DNA of 54,554 nt from Rugosimonospora sp. Lineage in GTDB: Bacteria > Actinomycetota > Actinomycetes > Mycobacteriales > Micromonosporaceae. Each line of letters starts with the position of its first letter. Within the stretch, counting starts at the first letter, position 1. The position numbers and the translations under genes were made by a program. The stretch spans positions 1 through 54,554 of the forward strand of contig JBPYFB010000152.1 in assembly GCA_051986465.1 (NCBI GenBank), given 5' to 3'. The notes under the pieces were generated by a model, which worked only from the letters and a program-made list of their open reading frames with translations, ran no database searches and was not told the DNA's origin. This document shows, one piece after another, positions 43,394 to 51,304 of this stretch.

Positions 43394-43467
43394 GATGGCG
43401 GTCATTCTTGGCGGGTTCGGCACCGAATCCGGTGCCGCCGCTGCCAAGATCTGGCTACCGACTCGCC

Positions 43468-43791
43468 TCAACTGGTGAAGGCGGCGACCGCGCGGGTTGC
43501 GATCGGCTCGGCCTGGCGCCGCGCACACCGCAGACCGTTGACGGTCTCGGTCAGGGTACGCCGGCCGGCAGCCACCGCCCAGCAGTCGAACAGCAGCGGT
43601 CGGGCGTGCAGCACACCCGCGAGGCGGTCCAGTTCGGCCGCGGTCGGCTCGGTGTGCTTGCGGTAGCGCGAAATGGCCGCATCCACAAGCCGCAGGTCGC
43701 GCACTGCGCCGGCCCACAGGAGAAACGCCAGCGACCACAGCCGCGGGCCGCGTCCAGAGCCGGCCCAGTCGACAATGACCAGGCCGCTTGG
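43468..43791 (-). pseudogene. 3' remnant of an aminoglycoside/choline-kinase-type phosphotransferase (APH family) gene
   Basis: The frame is open only from the TAG at 43792-43794. It encodes GLVIVDWAGSGRGPRLWSLAFLLW (the APH DW..G.GP motif) plus a C-terminal helical tail. The whole N-terminal kinase lobe is missing. Confidence 0.7.
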
Positions 43792-43807
43792 CTAGGGTCA
43801 GCGACCG

Positions 43808-44461
43808 ATGAATTCCCGGTACGAGTCGCTGGTACTTGATGCCATCCCGCCCGGCTGCGCGCGGGCCGTGGACGTCGGCTGTGGTAACGGTGGTCTTACT
43901 CGTGAGTTGCGCGGTCGCGGCATCCCCAACGTTTTGGGTATCGATAGCGACGGCCCCTGTATCCAGCGGTGCAAGGACCATCCGGAGGCCGGCGATATCA
44001 GATACCTCGTCGGAGATCTGCTCACCAGCGAGCTCGAGCCGGCCAGCGTTGCTCAGGGCGGCCTTGCTCGGGCCGGCCTTGCTCAGGCCAGCTTTGATCT
44101 GGTCAGCGCTGTCGCCTCGCTGCACCACATGGATGCGCGCTCGGGACTCGTCCGGCTGCGCAGCTTGGTGGCACCGGGCGGTGTCCTTGTCGTCATCGGC
44201 CTTGCCAGACCCGACCTGCCCAAGGACATCCCCATCGAGGTAGCGGCCCAGCTCGTCAGCGGGGTTCGACGGCGGCTCGTCAGCGGGGTTCGGCGGCGGC
44301 CGAGCACGGCCGACAGCGTTCCGGAGCCGCCAACCGTCTGGCCACCGCCAGAGCGTTACTCCACAATGCGGCGCCTGGCCAGCGAGCTGCTCCCGGGCGT
44401 CCGGTGGCGACGGCACCTGCTTTGGCGGTACTCCCTGGTATGGCGGAACGCCGAAGACTGA
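43808..44461 (+). CDS. Class I SAM-dependent methyltransferase carrying in-frame tandem duplications
   Basis: Motif I VDVGCGNGGLT, with the post-I acidic residue in LGIDSD. Visibly lower GC3 (ggt aac ggt ggt ctt act cgt). Confidence 0.8.
   Translation: MNSRYESLVLDAIPPGCARAVDVGCGNGGLTRELRGRGIPNVLGIDSDGPCIQRCKDHPEAGDIRYLVGDLLTSELEPASVAQGGLARAGLAQASFDLVSAVASLHHMDARSGLVRLRSLVAPGGVLVVIGLARPDLPKDIPIEVAAQLVSGVRRRLVSGVRRRPSTADSVPEPPTVWPPPERYSTMRRLASELLPGVRWRRHLLWRYSLVWRNAED
44046..44090 (+). repeat. 15-bp x3 in-frame tandem repeat inside the methyltransferase gene
   Basis: gcgttgctcagggcg / gccttgctcgggccg / gccttgctcaggcca, encoding VAQGGLARAGLAQA. Confidence 0.8.
44252..44299 (+). repeat. 24-bp x2 in-frame tandem duplication inside the methyltransferase gene
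   Basis: ctcgtcagcggggttcgacggcgg followed by ctcgtcagcggggttcggcggcgg (1 mismatch), encoding LVSGVRRR twice. Confidence 0.9.
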
Positions 44462-44545
44462 GCCGTACAGCGCACGCCGTTGCCTGTATGGGCTTGATGA
44501 CGGCCCGACCTTCGGGGCGGGCAGTACGTCCGGCATGATGCCGAG

Positions 44546-45169
44546 ATGACCAGTGACGTGGACGATGACCAAGCCGCGCCGGGCTGGGATGCGATTGATG
44601 CGGCCCTGAACGGGCTGTATCCGGGGGTGGAGCCTCGACATGTTGGCTACATGCCGCCGGCAGCGTTCAGCAACAACCTGCAGGGATGCTCGGCGTATCA
44701 GGCCGCCGGGCATTGGCATTACGTCACCTACGGTCTCAGCGAGCTGTACACGCCGGGCGCGGAGGATGATCCGGAATGGTCGGGGTGGGGGTTCGAACTG
44801 ACCCTGCGCGTGGCCCGAGGCGGCGAGGCTGAGGCTCCTGGTTGGCCGTTTACGATGTTGAACCAGCTCGCCAACTTCATCAACGCTCAGAGCGTCCTGG
44901 TAACCGACGGGCATCGGATGGACCTGCGGCAACCGGTCACCGGGTATCCGCACACCGACGGGTCCGATACGGCGCTGACGGTGTTCGCGTTCACCGTCGA
45001 CCCGCAGTTGGGCACGATCGACACTCCTAATGGCAGAGTCGTCTTCTACCAGGCGGTCGGGGTGACTGCCGAGGAGAAGGCGCGTATGCAGGAGTCGAGT
45101 ACCCGGCATGTACTCGACCAACTGGCGGGCTCCAATCCTCTGCTGATCACCGATCCGGCCCGCGCCTGA
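44546..45169 (+). CDS. Suppressor-of-fused (SUFU) domain protein, a polymorphic-toxin immunity-type family
   Basis: PGWDAIDAALNGLYPG, HWHYVTYGLSELY, GWGFELTLRV and TPNGRVVFYQAVGVT match the bacterial SUFU-family hallmarks as I remember them. GC3 is lower than in neighbouring genes. Confidence 0.85.
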   Translation: MTSDVDDDQAAPGWDAIDAALNGLYPGVEPRHVGYMPPAAFSNNLQGCSAYQAAGHWHYVTYGLSELYTPGAEDDPEWSGWGFELTLRVARGGEAEAPGWPFTMLNQLANFINAQSVLVTDGHRMDLRQPVTGYPHTDGSDTALTVFAFTVDPQLGTIDTPNGRVVFYQAVGVTAEEKARMQESSTRHVLDQLAGSNPLLITDPARA

Positions 45170-45211
45170 CCACTGCGCACATCGGGAGCGGCAGTGGCCC
45201 GCTAAACCAAG

Positions 45212-45248
45212 GGACGGCCGAACCCACAGGACTTGGGTTCGGCCGTCC
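45212..45248. terminator. Hairpin between the SUFU gene and the tRNA
   Basis: GGACGGCCGAACCCA-caggact-TGGGTTCGGCCGTCC, a perfect 15-bp stem. Confidence 0.65.
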
Positions 45249-45273
45249 GGCATGTCTTGAGACATCACAAAGG

Positions 45274-45346
45274 TGCGCCCGGCAGGATTCGAACCTGCGA
45301 CCTTGAGATTAGAAGTCTCCTGCTCTATCCACTGAGCTACGGGCGC
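45274..45346 (-). tRNA. tRNA-Arg (anticodon UCU)
   Basis: Minus strand: GCGCCCG-TA-GCTC-AGTGGATA-GAGC-A-GGAGA-CTTCTAA-TCTCA-AGGTC-GCAGG-TTCGAAT-CCTGC-CGGGCGC-A. 73 nt cloverleaf with a 7-bp acceptor stem and a canonical T-loop. CCA is not encoded. Confidence 0.95.
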
Positions 45347-45552
45347 GATCGCTGTCCGCGAGAAGGTTACCGCCCGGTCGTGCGGGGCTCTCACTCCATT
45401 ACGGCACGCGGGGACACCCGGGCCCGCTCGTATATCGGGCAACCAGCCCTAAACCAGAAGATTTCGCCGATCAGATAGGCTCGGGGCTAACAGGCGGGCA
45501 AGAGGACTTTTCGTCCTCCTTGGCAGGCGCTAAGTTTCGTCACGTGCGGGAC

Positions 45553-46059
45553 ATGAGCACCAAGATCCTTCCCGTGCTCATCTCTGTCCGCGACCGCGCG
45601 TACGACGAGCTGAACGTCCTGGACCAGTACCTGGATGAGGTGGTCATCGGGTACAGCCTCGGGCCACCGTACGGGGAAACCTTGGTCACCTGGGCAGATC
45701 TGGAACGCCTGGACATGTCCCGCCGGAGGCTGCGCCGGGAGGCGATCGCCAACCTCGAGGAGATGCTCGATTCGGTGCACATCTACGGGCAGCCGCCCGC
45801 CCTGATGGTCTCGTTCAACGGCCTCGAGTCGAGCCTGCTGCTCGCCGACGAGTTCTGGGACGGGGTCGTCGAGTCGGTACCGGGTGAGCTCGTGGTGGGC
45901 GTACCAGCGCGCGACGTGGTCATCATTACCGGCTCCCGGTCGCGTACCGGCCTCGACAAGGCAATGCGCGCCGTCGAACGGGTGTTCTACGCCAACGGTC
46001 CGAACCTGCTGGTGCGCGACCTCCTCGTATGGCAGGAGGGGGAGTGGCAGCTGTTCTGA
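45553..46059 (+). CDS. Conserved hypothetical protein (possibly DUF1444/UPF0354-like)
   Basis: High GC3 and native-looking codon usage. ATG 45553. The family assignment rests on weak recollection only. Confidence 0.65.
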   Translation: MSTKILPVLISVRDRAYDELNVLDQYLDEVVIGYSLGPPYGETLVTWADLERLDMSRRRLRREAIANLEEMLDSVHIYGQPPALMVSFNGLESSLLLADEFWDGVVESVPGELVVGVPARDVVIITGSRSRTGLDKAMRAVERVFYANGPNLLVRDLLVWQEGEWQLF

Positions 46060-46065
46060 CGCTCG

Positions 46066-47049
46066 TTACCCGGGCAGGTATGCCGCGAGCCACCGGTCCA
46101 GTTCGGCGAAGACCTGTTCCCGCACCGGAGGTGCCGACAGCGTCAGGTCGTGCAGCCCACCCTCGACCCGCACGATCGTCACGTGCCGCCCGAGTGACGG
46201 CGCCCACCGTGCGATGTGCTCCACGTCCAGCACCGAGTCGGCGCTGCGTGCCTCATCGCTCCAGATCGCGCTCTTGTAGCTGCGCGTCGAGCATGCCACC
46301 AGCACCGGTACCGGAATGTTCAAACCGGCGTGCAGTCTGGCCTGAGCCGTCCGGATGGCGGTGAGCCACGCGGCGCGTGGCTGGAAACCGACGATCGGCT
46401 TCCAGGCCGTGTCGAACTTCCACTCCCCGTGGTGGTCGGCGTGGATGCTATGGCCATATACAGTGGACACTCCACTTCGGACTCTTGCGTATGGCCGGAA
46501 GCGCGTTACCGCGCCGAAGACAGGCCCGAGTACCTGGCGGGTCAGGCGGGCGACGTTGAGTTCGAAGAACGGGCTGTTGAGGAAGAGCCCGTCGACCACA
46601 TTGGCATCCCGGGTGTGGTGTGTCCACAGTGCTGTGATCAGCCCGCCGGTGGAGTGTGCGTTGACGAGCAGCCGGCTGTGGCCATCGTCTTCGCGGATGA
46701 TGCGCGCCGCCTCGTCGAGCTCCGGGAAGTAGTCGCTGATCCGGTGGATGAAGTTGGGCGTCTGGTGCGGAAGCAGGCTGCGACCGTACTTACGAAGGTC
46801 GATGGCGTAGAAGTCGAAGCCGCGCTCGACGTAGTGGTCGGCGAGGTGGGACTGGAAGAAATAGTCGTTGTATCCGTGGACGTAGAGTACCGCGCGGGTG
46901 GCCCGCCCCGGCGCGCGCCGCCGTACCAGGACCGCCACGACCGGGCCCTCGTCGTCGCTGCCGAGCTCGATGGTGTGCCGCTCGTACGGCAGACCGAGTA
47001 TGTCCGTCTCCACGCGAGGACGGTACCGCGCACCGCCGACATTCGACAT
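46066..47049 (-). CDS. Alpha/beta hydrolase (lysophospholipase/monoglyceride-lipase-like)
   Basis: Oxyanion region LYVHGYNDYF and nucleophile elbow AHSTGG. Start is ATG 47049 or further upstream, to 47079. Confidence 0.85.
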   Translation of the reverse strand: MSNVGGARYRPRVETDILGLPYERHTIELGSDDEGPVVAVLVRRRAPGRATRAVLYVHGYNDYFFQSHLADHYVERGFDFYAIDLRKYGRSLLPHQTPNFIHRISDYFPELDEAARIIREDDGHSRLLVNAHSTGGLITALWTHHTRDANVVDGLFLNSPFFELNVARLTRQVLGPVFGAVTRFRPYARVRSGVSTVYGHSIHADHHGEWKFDTAWKPIVGFQPRAAWLTAIRTAQARLHAGLNIPVPVLVACSTRSYKSAIWSDEARSADSVLDVEHIARWAPSLGRHVTIVRVEGGLHDLTLSAPPVREQVFAELDRWLAAYLPG

Positions 47050-47193
47050 CCACAAGATCGCGGTGTTGTCCACAACCACCCTCGCTGTCCACAGATTCGC
47101 TTTTGCCGCTGGCGTCCGCTCGGACGCGCCGCCACTCTTGGCCCGAGTCGGCTCGCGATCGGTCAGGCAAGCGGGATCTTCGGGAGAGGAAAC

Positions 47194-47919
47194 ATGTTCG
47201 ACACTCCAGTCACGATCATCGGCAATGTGCTGACGACGCCCGAGTGGCGGCGCACGAGCACGACCGGCACCATGCTGGTCACCTTCAAGGTGGCGTCCAC
47301 ATCGCGGCGGTACGACAAGGAACGCGCGCAGTGGGTCGACGGCGACAGCCTCCGCGTCAGGGTCGCCTGTTGGCGGAAGCTCGGCGAAAACGTGTCCCTC
47401 TCGGTCCAGCTCGGCGATCCGGTGGTCGTGTACGGGCGCATCTACAGCCGCGACTGGGTCGACGACGTCGGAGCCAGGCGCACCTCATACGAACTGGATG
47501 CGGTCGCGGTGGGGCACGACCTGTCGCGGGGCGTCGGCAAGTTCGCGCGCCGCCGCGCGGTTGGCTCGACCGACATGGTGAACGACGAGGCGAACGCGGT
47601 TGCGATCGGCGGCGAGCTGACCGAGCCCGCAGAAGACCCCGGGCGTCCAGATGACCTGCCGACCGATCACGAGCTGTTCGAGAACTTCGACAGCGCGATC
47701 TTCGAGGTGGCGCAGCCCGATCCCGAGTCGGAGGAGTCCGACGAGGAGGAGGCGGCCGCGGAGGAGGCGGCCGAGGCGGCTGCGGCCGCGGCGGTGGCCG
47801 CGGTCGAGCAGGTGCTGGCGGGTGTTTCGGACGGGGTGGAGGCCGGTGTGGAGACCGGCGCCCGAGGCCGCTCGCGCGGGGCGGGCCGGTCACGGGCGGG
47901 CAGCGGCGCCCGAGCGTAG
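47194..47919 (+). CDS. Single-stranded DNA-binding protein paralog with an atypical C-terminus
   Basis: OB fold VTIIGNVLTTPEWRRTSTTGTMLVTFKVASTSRRYD...WVDGDSLRVRVACWRKLGENV...VVVYGRIYSRDW...YELDAVAVGHDL, then an acidic/Ala-rich linker and a basic tail RGRSRGAGRSRAGSGARA. SD gggagagga. Confidence 0.85.
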   Translation: MFDTPVTIIGNVLTTPEWRRTSTTGTMLVTFKVASTSRRYDKERAQWVDGDSLRVRVACWRKLGENVSLSVQLGDPVVVYGRIYSRDWVDDVGARRTSYELDAVAVGHDLSRGVGKFARRRAVGSTDMVNDEANAVAIGGELTEPAEDPGRPDDLPTDHELFENFDSAIFEVAQPDPESEESDEEEAAAEEAAEAAAAAAVAAVEQVLAGVSDGVEAGVETGARGRSRGAGRSRAGSGARA

Positions 47920-47929
47920 CGCCGCGCCG

Positions 47930-47964
47930 GCGGTGGCTGGCCACCCGCCTCGGCCAGCCACCGC
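47930..47964 (+). terminator. Hairpin after the ssb-like gene
   Basis: GCGGTGGCTGGCC-acccgcctc-GGCCAGCCACCGC, a perfect 13-bp stem starting 11 nt after the stop. Confidence 0.6.
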
Positions 47965-48095
47965 ACCCGAATCCCGGGCACCTGGGTCCACGGGTGAATG
48001 AGTAATGCCACCTGGCGGCATCGGCTCCGCTGCGGCCGGGCTACGCTCCGGCGGGTGAAGGGTCGGGGGGCCTCGCACGGAAGAGGGGAACCGTT

Positions 48096-49124
48096 ATGGG
48101 CAAACGGGTACACGGCGCCGTGGCGCTCGCCGCCGCGAACGCGGCCGGACTGCTGGGCGGCGCGCTGCTGGACGCCGCTCTCGGCGATCCTCGGCGGTGG
48201 CACCCGGTTGCCGGGTTCGGGCAGGCGGCGGCGGCACTGGAGCGGCGCATGTACGCGCCGAACCACCGAGCCGGCCTGCGGTACGCGTCCGTCGCGGCCG
48301 GGCTTCCAGTGGTGACGGCGGTGGGCGCGAGCCTGGCGACGCGGCGCCACCCGTGGGCGCGGACCGCGCTGGTCGCCGGTGCGACCTGGGCGGCACTGGG
48401 CGGCCGTTCCCTGCGGCGGGAGGCACGCGCCATGGCACAGGCCCTCGACGGCGGCGACCTGGACGCGGCGCGCAACCGCCTACCACACCTCTGCGGGCGC
48501 GATCCCTCCACATTGGACAATACTGAGTTGGCCAGGGCAACGGTGGAATCGGTCGCGGAGAACACATCCGACGCCGTCGTCGGCCCGCTCGTCTGGGGAG
48601 CGATCGCGGGCCTGCCGGGATTGGTGGGTTACCGGGCGGTCAACACGCTCGACGCGATGGTGGGCCACCGGTCCCAGCGTTACCGCCACTTCGGTACGGC
48701 GGCGGCCCGGCTCGACGACGCCGCCAACCTCGTACCCGCCCGGCTGACGGCAGCCTTGACGGTTGTCGTCGCGCCTGGGGTGGGCGGGAGCGCCCGGGCA
48801 GCCCTGCGCACCTGGCTGCGCGACGGTCATCGGCACCCGAGTCCCAATGCCGGGCAGTGCGAGGCGGCGATCGCAGGTGCGCTCGGCGTACGCCTGGGCG
48901 GGCGGAACCGGTACGCGGGCCGGGTCGAGGTGCGGCCGACGCTCGGCGAGGGCAAGCCAGCCGCGGCCGACGACATCCGCCGGGCCGCGACGCTGTCCGG
49001 CGCCGTGGGAAGCCTGGCCCTGATCCTCTGTGCGGGGCACGCGCTGGCGGCACCCTGGCGGCGGAGCCTGTCGCGGGCGCTCGCCCAGCGGATGAGCGCC
49101 GGCGCCGGGAAGCGCGCGAGGTGA
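48096..49124 (+). CDS. cobD: Adenosylcobinamide-phosphate synthase (CobD/CbiB)
   Basis: LGDPRRWHPVAGFG, NTSDAVVGPL, AVNTLDAMVGH and HPSPNAGQCEAAIAGALGVRLGG. Confidence 0.92.
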   Translation: MGKRVHGAVALAAANAAGLLGGALLDAALGDPRRWHPVAGFGQAAAALERRMYAPNHRAGLRYASVAAGLPVVTAVGASLATRRHPWARTALVAGATWAALGGRSLRREARAMAQALDGGDLDAARNRLPHLCGRDPSTLDNTELARATVESVAENTSDAVVGPLVWGAIAGLPGLVGYRAVNTLDAMVGHRSQRYRHFGTAAARLDDAANLVPARLTAALTVVVAPGVGGSARAALRTWLRDGHRHPSPNAGQCEAAIAGALGVRLGGRNRYAGRVEVRPTLGEGKPAAADDIRRAATLSGAVGSLALILCAGHALAAPWRRSLSRALAQRMSAGAGKRAR

Positions 49125-49165
49125 GCGGAGGCGCGAGGTGAGCGGAGGTGTGAGGTGAGCGGAGG
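49115..49165 (+). repeat. 17-bp x3 tandem repeat forming the cobD-cobQ junction
   Basis: cgcgaggtgagcggagg / cgcgaggtgagcggagg / tgtgaggtgagcggagg. Unit 1 carries the cobD stop (TGA 49122-49124). Unit 3 carries the cobQ GTG start (49155). Confidence 0.92.
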
Positions 49166-50681
49166 GCTGTTGGTCGCCGGCACCGGTTCCGATGCGGGCA
49201 AGAGCATGCTCGCGACCGGGATTTGCCGGTGGCTGCACCGGCGCGGCGTCCGCGTCGCCCCGTTCAAGGCGCAGAACATGTCGAACAACTCGGCCGTCGC
49301 GCTGGACGGTGGCGAGATCGGTCGGGCACAGGCGCTGCAGGCTGCCGCGTGTGGACTGGCGCCCAGCGTCCGGTTCAACCCGGTCCTGCTCAAGCCCGGC
49401 AGCGACGGTACGAGCCAGGTCGTGTTGCACGGTCGGGCGTTCGCTTCGATGGACGCCGTCAACTTCCACGAACTCCGCCAGGCGCTCGCCGGTGCCGCGT
49501 TCGACGCGCTGGCGACCCTGCGCGCCGAGTACGACGTGGTGATCTGCGAGGGCGCCGGTAGCCCGGCCGAGATCAACCTGCGGCGCGGCGACTTCGTCAA
49601 CATGGGCCTGGCGCGCCATGCCCGGCTGCCCGTGCTGCTGGTCGGTGACATCGACCGGGGTGGCGTCTTCGCCTCGTTCTTCGGCACGCTCGCGCTGCTC
49701 GCGCGGGACGACCAGGCGCTGCTCGCCGGGTACGTGGTGAACAAGTTCCGGGGCGACGCCTCGCTCCTCGCGCCTGGGTTGTCGGCGTTTCGCGACCTGA
49801 CCGGCCGGGACTTCTACGGCGTCATGCCGTGGCACCCTGAGGTATGGCTCGATGCCGAGGACTCACTCTCCTATGAGGACGGACGAGTGATCGGTCGGCC
49901 CGCCCAGCCGCACGGCTCCCAATGGCTGCGGGTCGCGGTCATCCGGCTGCCGCGCATCTCCAACGGTACCGACGTCGAGGCGCTCGCCGCCGAACCCGGT
50001 GTCGCGGTCCGGCTCACCACCTCGGCAGCCGAGGTCGCGGAGGCGGATCTCGTCGTCCTGCCCGGCAGCAAGTCCACAGTGGAGGATCTGGGTTGGCTGC
50101 GCGAAACCGGCCTGGCCGCGCGCATCGAGGCACACGTACGGGCCGGCAGGCCGCTGCTGGGCATCTGCGGCGGGTACCAGATGCTGGGCGAGCGCATCCA
50201 CGACGAGGTGGAGAGCGGGCACGGCACGGTACCCGGCCTCGCCCTGCTGCCCGTCGAGGTCACCTTCGCCAAGGAGAAGACGCTCGCGACCGGCGCGGGC
50301 CACGCATTCGGTGACGTCGAGGTGAGCGGCTACGAGATCCACTACGGGTACGAGTCGCGCACCGCGCCGGCCCCGCTGATCCGCCGCCGCGACGGTACCG
50401 GGGAAGGCGCGATGCTCGGCAGCGTCTTCGGTACCCACTGGCACGGCATCCTCGAATCCGACGCGTTCCGCCGCGCGTTCCTCACCGAGGCGGCCCGCCT
50501 CGCCGGTCGCACCGGCTTCTCGGTTGCCCCCGATACCTCCTTTACCCAGCGCCGCGAACGCCTGCTGGACCTGCTAGGCGACCTCGTCGAGGAGCACCTC
50601 GACACGGCGGCGCTGTGGCGGCTGATCGAGTCCGGGCCGCCGCGCAACCTGCCCTTCGTGGCGCCGGGAGCACCCGGGTGA
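49155..50681 (+). CDS. cobQ: Cobyric acid synthase
   Basis: [13 protein letters not shown]...[12 protein letters not shown]...GRAQ, and the C-terminal GATase [12 protein letters not shown]. Confidence 0.93.
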   Translation: MSGGLLVAGTGSDAGKSMLATGICRWLHRRGVRVAPFKAQNMSNNSAVALDGGEIGRAQALQAAACGLAPSVRFNPVLLKPGSDGTSQVVLHGRAFASMDAVNFHELRQALAGAAFDALATLRAEYDVVICEGAGSPAEINLRRGDFVNMGLARHARLPVLLVGDIDRGGVFASFFGTLALLARDDQALLAGYVVNKFRGDASLLAPGLSAFRDLTGRDFYGVMPWHPEVWLDAEDSLSYEDGRVIGRPAQPHGSQWLRVAVIRLPRISNGTDVEALAAEPGVAVRLTTSAAEVAEADLVVLPGSKSTVEDLGWLRETGLAARIEAHVRAGRPLLGICGGYQMLGERIHDEVESGHGTVPGLALLPVEVTFAKEKTLATGAGHAFGDVEVSGYEIHYGYESRTAPAPLIRRRDGTGEGAMLGSVFGTHWHGILESDAFRRAFLTEAARLAGRTGFSVAPDTSFTQRRERLLDLLGDLVEEHLDTAALWRLIESGPPRNLPFVAPGAPG

Positions 50682-51286
50682 CCGCCGTCGCCAGCTACGC
50701 GGCGCTCGCCGAGGAGGTCATGCACCGGCCTCCCCGCCTCGGTGCCGTGCGGCTGGTGGCGGTCGACGGTGGCTCCGGCGCCGGCAAGACCACAGTGGCC
50801 GAGCGCCTCGCGGTCGCGCTGCGCCAGCGAGGCGTGCGGACCGGGGTCGTACACACCGATGACCTGCTGGACGGCTGGGCCGACCAGTTCACGTTCTGGC
50901 CGCGCCTGGGCGACGGGGTACTCGAGCCGCTCGCTCATGGGCGTCCGGGCGGGTACCGGCGGTACGACTGGCATGCGGGCAGGTTCGCGGAGCACCAGCC
51001 GGTACCCGTACCAGATGTCTTGATCATTGAGGGCGTCAGCACGGCCCGGCGCGACGTGCGCGACCGGCTTACCCTGGCGGTGTTCGTGACCGCCGACCCG
51101 GCGCTTCGGCTGGCCCGGGTACTGGCCAGGGACGGGGTCGCCATCGAGCCCGAGATACGGGCGTGGCTGGCGGCGGAGGCAGTGCATTTCGCGCGAGATG
51201 CGACGCCGGAATGGGTGGATGTCCTGATGGACGGTGGCTCCCGGGTGGAGCACGATGCAGACAGCGAGTACGTGCGACTGCGCTGA
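50678..51286 (+). CDS. P-loop nucleoside/nucleotide kinase-like protein (uridine-kinase family)
   Basis: Walker [12 protein letters not shown], then TDDLLDGW and VLIIEG. GTG 50678 overlaps the cobQ stop (GTGA). Confidence 0.75.
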   Translation: MTAVASYAALAEEVMHRPPRLGAVRLVAVDGGSGAGKTTVAERLAVALRQRGVRTGVVHTDDLLDGWADQFTFWPRLGDGVLEPLAHGRPGGYRRYDWHAGRFAEHQPVPVPDVLIIEGVSTARRDVRDRLTLAVFVTADPALRLARVLARDGVAIEPEIRAWLAAEAVHFARDATPEWVDVLMDGGSRVEHDADSEYVRLR

Positions 51287-51304
51287 GTGACGGGGAGACG
51301 GAAC

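Noticed and set aside
43395-43478. 27-codon ORF (MAVILGGFGTESGAAAAKIWLPTRLNW) just after the 128-aa gene
   Set aside because: It is too short, has no SD or motif, and overlaps the end of the phosphotransferase remnant. It is probably junk at a rearrangement scar.
43007-45273. Integrase, att direct repeat or transposase that would define the tRNA-adjacent islet as a mobile element
   Set aside because: No recombinase-like ORF is present, and I saw no copy of the tRNA 3' end (…GGATTCGAACCTGC…) at the distal side. I therefore do not call it a mobile element, only compositionally atypical DNA.
47965-48095. Possible cobalamin riboswitch upstream of cobD
   Set aside because: I expected one in front of cob genes. 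The 130-nt leader lacks the B12 box (GCCACTG-type) and the GGTGNNAATCC / AGGGAA blocks. Only vague G-rich similarity is present.
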